A DNA stretch of 64,000 nt from an uncultured Myxococcales bacterium (GCA_903955385.1 CAJBNH010000072.1:40063-104062); one strand, 5' to 3'; counted from the stretch's first letter, positions 20,841 through 30,568 are shown. Made by a program: numbers and translations. Notes: generated from the letters alone by a model not told the origin.

Positions 20841-23800
20841 GTGCCCGTCACGTGTGCCGCCGACCGAGACAGTCCGTTGCTGCGCTGGGGCCTCCCGGGC
20901 GTGACGGCGCTGCTGATCGCGATGGCAGGAGGCTGTGGCGACAGCATCGTGGACGTGGGAGAGACCTGTCGGGCGTCCAGCGAGTGCGGCTCGCACCTCT
21001 GCTACGTCAACCGCTGCCTCGACCCGGCCGCCGACCTGGACGGCGACGGTCTGACCAATGCCGTCGAGCACCAGCTGGGGACCCACCCGCTGCAGGCGGA
21101 CACCGACGGCGACGGCAAGCCCGACGGGATCGAGGTCGGGGCGGACCCGGACAAGCCAGTCGACACCGACAACGACGGCAAGCCCGACGTCGTGGAATCT
21201 CTGGTGGCGGATCAGGACCGCGACTGCCTGCCGGACGAGCGAGACGCACAAGATACCTCCGTCAACCTCGACCCCATCGTGCTGGCCGAGGGCGCCTGCC
21301 CTTCCCAAGGTGTCTGCGCGGGCAAGCCCACCTTGGTGAAGGCGATCTGCACCGCTGGCGTGCTGTCGTGCGACTACAGTGCGGTGGCCGGCTGGTCATC
21401 GTCCGAGCAGTGCGACGCGGTGGACAACGACTGCGATGGTCTGGTCGACGAGGGGTTCACTTGGCAGGGAGCCGGTGTTGGCAAGGTCTGCGCCGGGCAG
21501 GGCGGCTGCGGCCCCGGCGTCGTGGTCTGTCTGGCAGGCAAGGCGGCGTGCTCGACGCTACCGGGAGGACCTGCGGACGCCTCCCTGCCTGAGGCTTGCA
21601 ACGGTGTGGACGATGACTGCGACGGCCAGACCGACGAGGGCTTCGCGATGGGCGGGTTGCCGGTTGGTTCTCCATGCTTGGGCGTGGGAGAGTGCGGGAT
21701 CGGCGCGGTGTTATGCGGGGCAGGCGGCGAGCCGATGTGCTCCAGCAACCCCGGAGGCCCCGAAAGCAAGATGGCCGTGGAGGTGTGCAACGGTCTGGAC
21801 GACGACTGCGACGGCCAGACCGACGAGCACGCCCTTCTGGACGGCAAGCCCATCGGTGCGCCGTGTGAGGGCGCGGGCGTCTGCGGAGCCGGTCAGGTGG
21901 TCTGCGGCAAGACGGGCACTGCCGTGTGCTCGACCACGCCCGGCGCGTCTGGTTCGCCCGCCACCGCCGAGACCTGCAACGGCCTGGACGACAACTGCAA
22001 CGGTGCAACAGACGAGGGTTTCTCGTTCCTGGGCCTCAGCTTGGGCGGCGAGTGTCCGGGTGTGGGGGCCTGCGGCGCCGGTGTCGTGTCGTGCAGCAAG
22101 TCCGGCACGGCAACCTGCTCGACGGGTCCCGACGGCCCGGACAGCCAAGCGCAACCTGAAGCGTGCAACGGCATCGACGACGACTGCGACGGCCAGACCG
22201 ACGAGAAGCTCGCGTGGCAGGGCTATTCCCTGGGCGGCCCCTGCGTCGGCACAGGCGCGTGCGGCAATGGCACGGTCGAATGCGGCCCCATGGGTGTCGC
22301 CGCCTGCTCGACCAATCCCGACGGGTCGGATCCTCAAGGTTGGCCTGAGGAATGCAACGGTCAGGACGACGACTGCGACGGCCAGACCGACGAGGGCTTG
22401 GCTGCACCCGACGGCCTTGTCTGTCCGATGCAGGGCGTGTGCGCAAGCGCCGTGCCTGAGCTGCTGTGTCAGGGCGCAGCGTGGCAGTGCGTCTATTCGC
22501 AGGAACCGAAGTGGCAAGCGGACGAGTTGGCCTGTGACGCGCTGGACAATGACTGCGACGGCGCGACCGACGAGGGGCTGCCCCAACAGTGGGCCGGAGC
22601 GACCAAGGGCGTGTGGGGACAGCCTGAAGCGAGAACCGGCTTCGCGCAGGCGGTGGGCGGCGGCGGGCTGTGGATCCTGGGCGGAGTCGGGGGCACGCTG
22701 GCAGTCGGCAAGAGCCCGCAACCGTTGGGAGATCTGTGGCGCTACGACTTGGCCGCAGGGACCTGGCAGCGCTGGCTCGAAGACCCGACGTTGGCCCGGG
22801 TCGATGCGAGCTTGCTGTGGCTTCCGGCGGGCGCGGGGTCGACCAAGGCTCCGGCCCGGCTGTGGCTGGTGGGGGGGCGTGACGCCGACGGCAAGTCAGC
22901 ACAGGCCATGCAGATCGACGTTGAGACCCGCAGCTTGACGAGTCCCGGCTGGCCCAACGCTCCCAAGCCCCGCGAGGGGGCGACGCTGGTGCACGTGCCG
23001 ACCAGCGACCAGGTGTGGCTGCTCGGGGGCGACGCGACGGGAGAGGGCGCTTCGGTGCAGCGCGTCGGCCTGGTTCAGGACTGGTGGACTTCGTCGGCCG
23101 AGAACGTCCCGCAGTTGACGGGTGTTCAGGGCGGGATGACGGCGTGCTTGGGGACGGCGGGCTACCTGTATGCCCGGGGACGCACAGCCGCGGGAGTCGC
23201 GGTGTTTGCGCGGCTGTTGCCCGGCTCGGCATGGGAGCAGCTGGCGGCCGATCCGGTCGGTGAGCCGGGTGCCGCAGGTGGCCGTCTGGTGTGCCCGCCC
23301 AGTCTCGACGAGGTTTGGCTGGTCGGCGCGGCCGGAGGCGACGGCAAGTCCCTGCACGTGCGAAAATTCTCAGTTGCGACAACCACTTGGCTCGCGTCAC
23401 CGGATGCCGATGGCCCGTCGCTCGTCGACCCGGCGGCGGCTCCGCTTCCAGGCGGCGGATTGGTCGTTGCACTGGGGTTGGCGATTGACGGACTGCCCCA
23501 GTCGTTCGCGTGGACGGGTGGGCCCGGTGGCTGGACGGCAGCAGGGACAGGGCCTGAACCCGTCATCGGCGCGCGCTGGATCGCGGTGGGCGACGACCTG
23601 TACCGCTTGGGGGGCGCCAGCTTGCGCGGGGCGGCCTTCGACCTGACGGGACCGGCTTGGCGCCTGCACGCGGGAGTCTGGCAGCCGCTGCCGTTGCCGC
23701 CCGGACTTACGGGACGGGTGCACGCTGCGCTGATGCTCGAGCCGTCGGGCACCGGCCTGCGGCTGTGGGGAGGGCTGGGACAGGTCTCTCAAGCCTCGCA

Positions 23801-24494
23801 ACTCTTGGCCGACGAGGTTGCACCGGCAATGACGGGCGGGCTGCGGCTCGACCTGATTTCAGGTGCATGGACGCCCCTGACGACGGCGCAGCTGGCCGCG
23901 CTGCCCGCCACGCGCACCGACCCGGCGCTTGCGCAGGTGCAGCCCGGCATCGCGTGGCTGTTTGGCGCCGGGGCTCAGCCAACCGCGGCCGAGCTGTGGC
24001 GGGTCGACTTGACCAAGGCCTCCAAGCAGCTGGTCTGGCAGTCGTCCGACAGCACGGGACCGCCTTTCCGTCCAGGCACTTCGCTGGTGTACGACGCCGC
24101 CGCGGGGCGGCTGGTGCTGGTGCAAGTGCAGTCCGGGCTGAAGGTGTGGACGCTGCCGCTGGCAGGAGCTCCGGTCTGGAAGGTCGCCGCGGTCTCGCCT
24201 CTTGCCTGGCCAGGTCGGGCATTGGTTCTGGGGAACGACGGAATGGACGAGCGGTTGGTGCTGGCGACATCGGCCCCGGGCGGTCCTGCGGCGGTTGGGC
24301 GGTTGCTGACCTTGGGCGAGACACCGCTGCTGAGCGATTGGAACGGCCCGACACCCGCGTGGTGGGGGCCCGCGGCTGCCGGTTGGTCCGGTCAGGGCGA
24401 TCGCGCGCTGGTCGATGGAACCTTGGGCGTTGCGGGGGCCCCGCGCGGCGGCTACGAGCCGATCGCGCGCGAGTGCAAGCCGACCACGCCTTGA
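20841..24494 (+). CDS. Lipoprotein with Ca-binding DxDxDG repeats, seven MopE-related CNG.DDDCDG.TDE repeats and a C-terminal Kelch-like propeller region
   Basis: Lipobox AGGC; repeat cysteines at 21411, 21597, 21786, 21975, 22164, 22353 and 22533; Kelch-like LWILGG / LWLVGG / VWLLGG units. Start codon uncertain. Confidence 0.7.
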   Translation: MPVTCAADRDSPLLRWGLPGVTALLIAMAGGCGDSIVDVGETCRASSECGSHLCYVNRCLDPAADLDGDGLTNAVEHQLGTHPLQADTDGDGKPDGIEVGADPDKPVDTDNDGKPDVVESLVADQDRDCLPDERDAQDTSVNLDPIVLAEGACPSQGVCAGKPTLVKAICTAGVLSCDYSAVAGWSSSEQCDAVDNDCDGLVDEGFTWQGAGVGKVCAGQGGCGPGVVVCLAGKAACSTLPGGPADASLPEACNGVDDDCDGQTDEGFAMGGLPVGSPCLGVGECGIGAVLCGAGGEPMCSSNPGGPESKMAVEVCNGLDDDCDGQTDEHALLDGKPIGAPCEGAGVCGAGQVVCGKTGTAVCSTTPGASGSPATAETCNGLDDNCNGATDEGFSFLGLSLGGECPGVGACGAGVVSCSKSGTATCSTGPDGPDSQAQPEACNGIDDDCDGQTDEKLAWQGYSLGGPCVGTGACGNGTVECGPMGVAACSTNPDGSDPQGWPEECNGQDDDCDGQTDEGLAAPDGLVCPMQGVCASAVPELLCQGAAWQCVYSQEPKWQADELACDALDNDCDGATDEGLPQQWAGATKGVWGQPEARTGFAQAVGGGGLWILGGVGGTLAVGKSPQPLGDLWRYDLAAGTWQRWLEDPTLARVDASLLWLPAGAGSTKAPARLWLVGGRDADGKSAQAMQIDVETRSLTSPGWPNAPKPREGATLVHVPTSDQVWLLGGDATGEGASVQRVGLVQDWWTSSAENVPQLTGVQGGMTACLGTAGYLYARGRTAAGVAVFARLLPGSAWEQLAADPVGEPGAAGGRLVCPPSLDEVWLVGAAGGDGKSLHVRKFSVATTTWLASPDADGPSLVDPAAAPLPGGGLVVALGLAIDGLPQSFAWTGGPGGWTAAGTGPEPVIGARWIAVGDDLYRLGGASLRGAAFDLTGPAWRLHAGVWQPLPLPPGLTGRVHAALMLEPSGTGLRLWGGLGQVSQASQLLADEVAPAMTGGLRLDLISGAWTPLTTAQLAALPATRTDPALAQVQPGIAWLFGAGAQPTAAELWRVDLTKASKQLVWQSSDSTGPPFRPGTSLVYDAAAGRLVLVQVQSGLKVWTLPLAGAPVWKVAAVSPLAWPGRALVLGNDGMDERLVLATSAPGGPAAVGRLLTLGETPLLSDWNGPTPAWWGPAAAGWSGQGDRALVDGTLGVAGAPRGGYEPIARECKPTTP

Positions 24495-24513
24495 ACACCA
24501 AGCGTTTGTTTTG

Positions 24514-25035
24514 TCAGCGCGCCGGACCGTGGCGCAGCAGCACGGGGCGCGGTCGCCAAGTCGGCGCCCAGACGGGCGCGCTGGTCGCATCGCCGCCGTC
24601 GTGGACCTCAAGCAGGCTGCCCGACAGGTGCGCGGTCAAGCGCACTCGAAATAGGCGCCCGCCCCCTTTGAGGTCCATCAGGTAGGACCGGTCGGGCTCG
24701 AGCCAAGTGAAGCCCTCGAGTCGGAAGCCTTCGTCCAAGGTGCGGCGGCTGCTGACGGTGGCCCTCGCCAGCTCTGCCGCGCGATCGAAGTCGACCGTCG
24801 ACACCAGCCAGAGATCGAAGCCGCCCCTGTCGTTTCCAACGACCCGCCGCGCGGAGACCGAGCCCAGCAGCGCCCGGGCCGCGGATTCCACGGCAGTCTT
24901 GGGCTCGGGCAGCGCAGCGTGAACCGCTCCCGTTCCCGCAGCAGCTGGAGGATCGGCCGCCGCGGAACGGGCCATCGCGAGACCGCCCGCTGCCACCACC
25001 GCCAAGCCCGCCCATGTCCAGCCGTTCGTCGTCAT
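24514..25035 (-). CDS. Secreted hypothetical protein (173 aa)
   Basis: ATG 25035 followed by a signal peptide ending AAA-D and a globular-looking remainder. No family recognised. Confidence 0.55.
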   Translation of the reverse strand: MTTNGWTWAGLAVVAAGGLAMARSAAADPPAAAGTGAVHAALPEPKTAVESAARALLGSVSARRVVGNDRGGFDLWLVSTVDFDRAAELARATVSSRRTLDEGFRLEGFTWLEPDRSYLMDLKGGGRLFRVRLTAHLSGSLLEVHDGGDATSAPVWAPTWRPRPVLLRHGPAR

Positions 25036-25258
25036 GCGGGCCAGTGTAGCGGCCCACAGCAGGCGCGACCAGAGGGTGGCCGCGCGGATTTGTTGCTCCG
25101 GCCATGACAACCCCATGATCTGCTTGCGGTTCCCATCCTTGACGTCGTTCGGCCCCGCGACTATCATCCCGCGCTTGCGAACGGCCTGTCCCGCAACGTC
25201 TTTGGGCTACCGTCACGCGAACAACCCCCGCAGCAGTTCACCCTACGGCAGGTTCAAG

Positions 25259-27136
25259 ATGGTCAATTTCCGGAGCGCAGGCCTCGCGGCTCTCCTCGTC
25301 CTCACGGCAGCGAGCACCCTGGCAGGCTGCCAGCGCGGCGAGAAGTCGTGCCGGTACTATAGCCTCGTGCTCGAGCGTTCGCAGACAGCGGATGACCGCC
25401 GACGCGCCCTCGAGGAAATCAAGAAGCTGTCCAGCAAGGACCAGATGAAGTGCGAGGACGACAAAGTCTTCGGCCGCTTCACCAAGGCGCTGACGGACAC
25501 CAAGTACCGGCCGTTCGTGCTCGACATGCTCGAGAACTTGGGGCGCGCCAGTCCGGGGCTGAAGACGCGCTCTGAGAAGCTCGTCGCCGCTGGCATGCGG
25601 TTCAACGACTCTGCCCTGCAGGCGGCGGAGATCATTCGCACCTGGCGGCTCGAGAGTGCAGAGGCTGGCAACTCCTGGCTGCCCTCGAAGGAGACCGCCA
25701 AGACCATCGCGGACATGATCCCGAAGGTGACCCAAGGCAGCTCGCGCGCCGCGCTGGTCGAGGCGTTGTTCCTCGCCGTGCCCGATCCCAAGGAGCGTCA
25801 GCAGTTCGAGGGCTTGCTGATCGATCTGGCGGACACCGATCCGTCGCTGCAGACCGTCGAGGTCAACATCAAGGCGCTGCAGTACCTGTCCGAGATGCGC
25901 ACCCAGAACCCCAAGGCCTTCGACGCCTATGTCCACGGTCTGTTCCAGCGTGACGCCGCCCGTGCCGAGACCTACGGGGCCGCCCGTCTGGCGCTGTCGA
26001 CCCAGCCCCGCGACAAGGTGGTCGATGCGATGCTGCTGCTCTACCAGCAGAAGGACACCAACTTCGAGGGTTGGGCCAAGCAGGCCGGTCTGTTCGACTG
26101 GGAGTGGAAGGAAGGCCCCAAGGTCATGCAGGTGCTGTCGGACTTGCATGATCCGCGCACGGCGTCGGTCATCATCACGGCGCTCGGTCAGGCCATCGAC
26201 GCTTCCGAAGAGGGAACGCCCAAGAGCTTTGTCGCCGTCAACAAGGCACTGCCGTGGGGCGCGTACATCACCAGTCGGTTGCAGCTGTCGCTTTGGGCGC
26301 TTGCCGCGATGGGCGACGGTCTGACGCCGTATGCCGAGGCCATCGCCACGGTTGCCAAGACCGCCGGCCTGACGGTCGAGCAGCGCACGCTGCCGTTCAT
26401 CGCGCTGGGCATGTCGGGCGCCTCCAACGCGTGGCCGGTGATGTCGGCGGCGTTCCAGGCGATTCCCGACTTCGAGCGCCCCGACTTCCTGACGCCGATG
26501 TCCTACGCGGTGGAGACTGAGAATCTGGACGAGTGGATCAAGATCGTCGACGGCGACAAGAGCGAGGGCGTGACCAAGGGCCGCGCTGACCCGACGATTG
26601 TCGGTCGCATCAAGGTCGTCACCGATTGCAAGGCCGCACTGGTCGGCGCCGCGGATGACAACGACAAGAAGATGAAGCTTGGCAAGTGCTACGAGGGCTT
26701 CCTGAAGACCGGCGACGATATCGCCAAGGAAAAGGCGGCGATCGGCCTGATCCACTTGGGCGCTCGTGGTGGTATCGACGTGGTTCCCGGCCTGATCGAC
26801 GCGTTTGGCGTCTCGCAGCCGTCTTCGGTCACGCTGCGCCAGATCCTGTTCGTCGGGTTCAAGGCGCTGTCGAAGCCCAAGCACATGAAGATGCTGTACG
26901 ATCTGCAGCAGATCCAAATCGGCCTCGGGACGGTCAACCAGGTGTGGATCTGGGAGTTCGACGTACTGCTCGCCCACTTGCTGCAGCAGCTTGAGGCCAT
27001 CGACCCCAACGCGGCCGCTCCTGGCAACAAGCCGTTCGACCCCGCGATGGAGAAGCCGTCGGCCCCCGACGCTGCCCCTGGTGCCGCCCCGGCACCTGCC
27101 GCGCCCGCTGCCCCCGCCGCTCCCGCCGCGCCGTAA
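25259..27136 (+). CDS. Alpha-solenoid (HEAT-like) lipoprotein with Pro/Ala tail
   Basis: Lipobox LAGC, strong coding-type codon bias, all-helical amphipathic pattern, (APA)n C-terminus. Confidence 0.7.
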   Translation: MVNFRSAGLAALLVLTAASTLAGCQRGEKSCRYYSLVLERSQTADDRRRALEEIKKLSSKDQMKCEDDKVFGRFTKALTDTKYRPFVLDMLENLGRASPGLKTRSEKLVAAGMRFNDSALQAAEIIRTWRLESAEAGNSWLPSKETAKTIADMIPKVTQGSSRAALVEALFLAVPDPKERQQFEGLLIDLADTDPSLQTVEVNIKALQYLSEMRTQNPKAFDAYVHGLFQRDAARAETYGAARLALSTQPRDKVVDAMLLLYQQKDTNFEGWAKQAGLFDWEWKEGPKVMQVLSDLHDPRTASVIITALGQAIDASEEGTPKSFVAVNKALPWGAYITSRLQLSLWALAAMGDGLTPYAEAIATVAKTAGLTVEQRTLPFIALGMSGASNAWPVMSAAFQAIPDFERPDFLTPMSYAVETENLDEWIKIVDGDKSEGVTKGRADPTIVGRIKVVTDCKAALVGAADDNDKKMKLGKCYEGFLKTGDDIAKEKAAIGLIHLGARGGIDVVPGLIDAFGVSQPSSVTLRQILFVGFKALSKPKHMKMLYDLQQIQIGLGTVNQVWIWEFDVLLAHLLQQLEAIDPNAAAPGNKPFDPAMEKPSAPDAAPGAAPAPAAPAAPAAPAAP

Positions 27137-27215
27137 TTCTGCGCCGGCCCCCGCGTCGTTTTCCGTCAGCAAACGATCATCTCGCGCGGCCCTTTCCTGC
27201 CGCGAGAGGTGAACC

Positions 27216-27935
27216 ATGCCCTGTGCTTCCTTTCGGCACGCGCTGTTGCCGTGCCTGACCGTGCTTGCGTCCGCCTGCCTGTCGTTGCCGCCGTCTGCGC
27301 TGGCGGGGCAGTCAGACGTAGTCGCGTCCCCACAAGACGTCCTCGCGACCGATGCCGACGATGCGGTGCAAGCCGCCGTGCCCGAGACGTGTCTGCCCGT
27401 GCTGACGGGCGAGCTCATCGTCAACGAGGTGCTGGTGCGCCCTGGGGGCTTGGATGTGGACGGCGACGGGGTCTCGAACGGCCGTGACGAGGCGATCGAG
27501 TTCGTGCTGGACGCCTCGGCTTCAGCGGCGAATCTGGAAGGCGTGACGCTGGAAGTCGATGGTGTCTTGCGGGGTTCCGTGCATCTGGCGGAGTGCGTGC
27601 CGAAGGGGACGCTGGTCGTCCTGGTGGGCTCGACGACCCAGGCGCTGGACCTGCCCCCGGGAGCCGTCGCCGTGCGGCTGGACAAGACGCTGAAGCTGCC
27701 GGACGAGGGTGGGACGCTGGCTCTACGCGGCGTGACAGGGTCGGTGTTGGCTCAGGTCTCGTGGCCGGCAGAGAAGGACGGTCTGGGTACCAGCCGCACC
27801 CGCACCCGCGACGGTGACCGCAATGCTGGTTTCGCCCGCCATGCCGACCTGCCGCTGGCCAAGGGGCAACGCGCGTCGATCGGCTGGTGCCTGAGCGGAA
27901 AAACGCCTTGCGACTGCCTGCCTTGCGCAAAGTGA
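27216..27935 (+). CDS. Secreted lamin-tail-domain (LTD)-like protein
   Basis: Signal peptide, then LIVNEVLVRPGG.D.DGDG...DEAIE and L.D.GG.L.L motifs typical of bacterial LTD. Confidence 0.65.
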   Translation: MPCASFRHALLPCLTVLASACLSLPPSALAGQSDVVASPQDVLATDADDAVQAAVPETCLPVLTGELIVNEVLVRPGGLDVDGDGVSNGRDEAIEFVLDASASAANLEGVTLEVDGVLRGSVHLAECVPKGTLVVLVGSTTQALDLPPGAVAVRLDKTLKLPDEGGTLALRGVTGSVLAQVSWPAEKDGLGTSRTRTRDGDRNAGFARHADLPLAKGQRASIGWCLSGKTPCDCLPCAK

Positions 27936-27950
27936 CCGGCCAAAACGGCC

Positions 27951-27986
27951 GAGGGCCCGGCACCCCTTGCGGAGCACCGGGCCCTC
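27951..27986. terminator. Hairpin between convergent LTD gene and rpsA (probable terminator)
   Basis: GAGGGCCCGG...CCGGGCCCTC 10-bp perfect stem; GCAA loop and downstream GTTTT on the minus strand. Confidence 0.6.
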
Positions 27987-28016
27987 AGGCCTTTCACATG
28001 GCGCTGGCGGTGGAAC

Positions 28017-29714
28017 CTAGCGGCCCAGGTTCAGATCGCCCAGCTTCTCGCGGACCAGATCGCCGATGGTGGTCGGCCCGGCGGACGGATTGTCGTAGCC
28101 GGAGTAGTCCTCGTCCTCGTTGTTCACGCGCTTGATCGACAGGCCCAGCTTGCGCTCCTCGGGGATGACGCTGATGACCTTGACCTTGGAGGTCTGGCCT
28201 TCCTTGAGAGCCGAGTGGATGTTGTCGATCTTCTCTTCGGAGATCTCGGAGATGTGCAGGAAGCCCTCGATGAACTCGTCGAGCTCGACGATCGCACCGA
28301 AGTCCAGCAGCTTGCTGACCTTGCCCTCGTGCACCGAGCCGCGCGGGTACTTGCGCTGGATCTCGGCCCAGGGGTCGGACGACAACTGCTTGATGCCGAG
28401 CGAGAAGCGCTCCTTCTCGGCGTCGATGTTGAGCACGACCGCCTCGACCTCGTCGCCCTTCTTGTAGATGTCCTGCGGGTGCTTGACCCGGTGGGACCAC
28501 GACAGGTCGGTCACGTGGCACAGGCCGTCGATGCCGTCTTCGATGCCGATGAAGATGCCGAAGTTGGTGATGTTGCGGACCACGCCCTTGACCTTGGAGC
28601 CAACGGGGTAGGTGTTCGCCATCACGTCCCACGGATTCTGCTCGATCTGCTTCATGCCGAGCGAGATCCGCTTGTTGCGGCTGTCGATCTCGAGCACTTG
28701 CGCCTCGACCTCGTCGCCCAGCGACAGGACCTTGGACGGGTGCTTGACGCGCTTGGTCCAGGACATCTCGCTGATGTGGATCAGGCCTTCGACGCCCGGA
28801 TCCATCTCGATGAACGCGCCGTAGTCGGTCAGGCTGACGACCTTGCCCTTGACGCGCTGCCCGATGTTGTAGCGGGCCTCGATGTTGAGCCACGGATCCT
28901 CGAAGTTCTGCTTCAGGCCCAGGCTGACGCGCTCGCGCTCGGGGTCGTACTTGAGTACGCGGACCTTGACCTCCTGGCCGACCTCGAAGAGCTCGGACGG
29001 GTGGTTGACGCGGGCCCACGACATGTCGGTGATGTGCAGCAGGCCGTCGATGCCGCCCAAGTCGATGAACGCGCCGTACTCGGTGATGTTCTTGACGATA
29101 CCGTCGACGACCATACCGACTTCGAGCTTGTTCAGGGTCTGGCTCTTCAGGGCCTCGCGCTGCTTCTCGAGGAGGGCACGACGCGACAGCACGATGTTGC
29201 CGCGCTTCTTGTTGAACTTGATGACCTTGAAGTGGAAACGCTGGCCGATGTACTTCTCGAGGTTGCGCACGGGGCGCAGGTCCACCTGGCTGCCGGGCAG
29301 GAACGCCTTGACGCCGATGTCGACCGTCAGACCGCCCTTGACGCGCGCGGTGATGACGCCCTCGACAAGCTCTTCGTTCTCGCAGGCTTCGGCGATCTCG
29401 TCCCAGATCTTGAGACGGTCGGCCTTTTCCTTGGAGAGTTCGACGAGGCCGTTGTCGTTCTCGCGGCTCTCGACATACACGTCGATCACATCGCCGGCGG
29501 CGACGTTGACGGTGCCGTCGTGCTCGGTGAACTCGTGGACGGGGATCTGACCTTCGCTCTTGTAGGCGATGTCGACGATCACGAAGTCCTTGGTCACGGC
29601 CAGGACGGTTCCGCGCACGATCTCGCCTTCGACGACGTTCTGCTGCTTCTCCCAATCGAGGAACTGCTTCTCGAAATCGTCTTCGAAGGACAAGGTCTGG
29701 AGTTGGTCAGTCAT
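28017..29714 (-). CDS. rpsA: 30S ribosomal protein S1
   Basis: Six S1 repeats (DIAYKSEG, AFLPGSQVD, YGAFIDLGGIDGLLHITDMSW, EGLIHISEMSW). Start MTDQL at 29714. Confidence 0.97.
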   Translation of the reverse strand: MTDQLQTLSFEDDFEKQFLDWEKQQNVVEGEIVRGTVLAVTKDFVIVDIAYKSEGQIPVHEFTEHDGTVNVAAGDVIDVYVESRENDNGLVELSKEKADRLKIWDEIAEACENEELVEGVITARVKGGLTVDIGVKAFLPGSQVDLRPVRNLEKYIGQRFHFKVIKFNKKRGNIVLSRRALLEKQREALKSQTLNKLEVGMVVDGIVKNITEYGAFIDLGGIDGLLHITDMSWARVNHPSELFEVGQEVKVRVLKYDPERERVSLGLKQNFEDPWLNIEARYNIGQRVKGKVVSLTDYGAFIEMDPGVEGLIHISEMSWTKRVKHPSKVLSLGDEVEAQVLEIDSRNKRISLGMKQIEQNPWDVMANTYPVGSKVKGVVRNITNFGIFIGIEDGIDGLCHVTDLSWSHRVKHPQDIYKKGDEVEAVVLNIDAEKERFSLGIKQLSSDPWAEIQRKYPRGSVHEGKVSKLLDFGAIVELDEFIEGFLHISEISEEKIDNIHSALKEGQTSKVKVISVIPEERKLGLSIKRVNNEDEDYSGYDNPSAGPTTIGDLVREKLGDLNLGR

Positions 29715-29931
29715 GGTGTTCTTCTTCCTACGGTGCCTTCCGCCGCCCGCGCGTTCCTGCCGCAACATTGCGGACGTGGAGCGCGTCGGTTTGTCATGGT
29801 TTCGCGGGACCAGCGGCCCTTGCCCGGGCTGGCAAGGGTGCGAAAGGGTAAGGCAGATCGCCTTTCGAGGTCAAGCGGGATCGGTACTTGCGTAGGGCGG
29901 TCCCGAGTACGGTCGAGGTACGGATTTGGGC

Positions 29932-30110
29932 ACGCCCCCGGGCTGAAGACCGTGGGCTACCTGTCGAGAAGTCTGCGTCGATGACTTCGCAGACTGCCGG
30001 CGGATCGAGATGCGTTGGCCTGCGGATCAGCGTGAGCCGAGCGTGGCTCCGGGCCCAGTCCCGGCAGGGACTTCTTGAACGGTAGCCCACGGACTTGAGT
30101 CCGGGGGCGT
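29932..30110. mobile_element. Non-autonomous REP doublet (REPIN/MITE-like), internally deleted relative of the RAYT element at 34732-35313
   Basis: About 42-bp imperfect terminal inverted repeats each carrying GTAG-CCCAC-GG...CC-GGGGG. Both ends are near-identical to the ends of the transposase element. Confidence 0.85.
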
Positions 30111-30234
30111 CTGTCCATCGGGCATTCTTGCGATCGCCCAGGGTACTTGCGTCGGTTTGCGGGCGGTCGATCGAAGCAAATCGCGGCGGATGGCGCTACC
30201 GTCGTGGAGACAAGGGTGATCGCGATTCCCAGCT

Positions 30235-30254
30235 TGACCAACATGGCTTGGTCA
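30235..30254. promoter_or_regulatory. Probable vapBC operator overlapping a TTGACC -35 box
   Basis: Perfect inverted repeat TGACCAA-N6-TTGGTCA about 70 bp upstream of the antitoxin start. Confidence 0.5.
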
Positions 30255-30325
30255 GGCAGCCTGACGGGGGGAGCACGCCGCACGCTCTGCCGTTTCCGCA
30301 GGGCAGCGGCCGCCAGGAGGCCACT

Positions 30326-30568
30326 GTGGTTCAGGTCAACGTCCTCGAAGCCAAGACGCACTTGTCCAGGCTGCTCGCACAAGTTGCGCGTGGCGATGAA
30401 GTCGTGATCGCCAAGGACGGCCGGCCGGTGGCGCGTCTGACGCCGATTCGCGACGAACCAGAGGAAGGCCGAGTCTTCGGCGCGGCCCAGGGGCGTTACG
30501 GAAGCCCGCCGGACGACACGTTTGCGCCGCTGGACGACGCCGAGCTCGCCGAGTGGGAGGCCCCGTGA
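30326..30568 (+). CDS. vapB: Phd/YefM-family antitoxin
   Basis: AGGAGG RBS then GTG; VNVLEAKTHLSRLL..V..G.EVVIAK.GRPVARL. Confidence 0.9.
   Translation: MVQVNVLEAKTHLSRLLAQVARGDEVVIAKDGRPVARLTPIRDEPEEGRVFGAAQGRYGSPPDDTFAPLDDAELAEWEAP

Noticed and set aside
21400-22580. CRISPR-like regularly spaced repeats
   Set aside because: The period is about 189 nt, in frame, with third-position variation. These are protein repeats, and there are no cas genes.
25238-27685. Long antisense or alternate-frame ORFs (also 3349-4785, 12812-14395, 16904-18373, 28215-29984, 36439-38028, 39177-41357, 42904-44592, 57649-59490)
   Set aside because: Typical stop-poor shadows of high-GC genes: low-complexity Arg/Gly/Ala or mirror-codon composition, fully overlapping better-supported genes.
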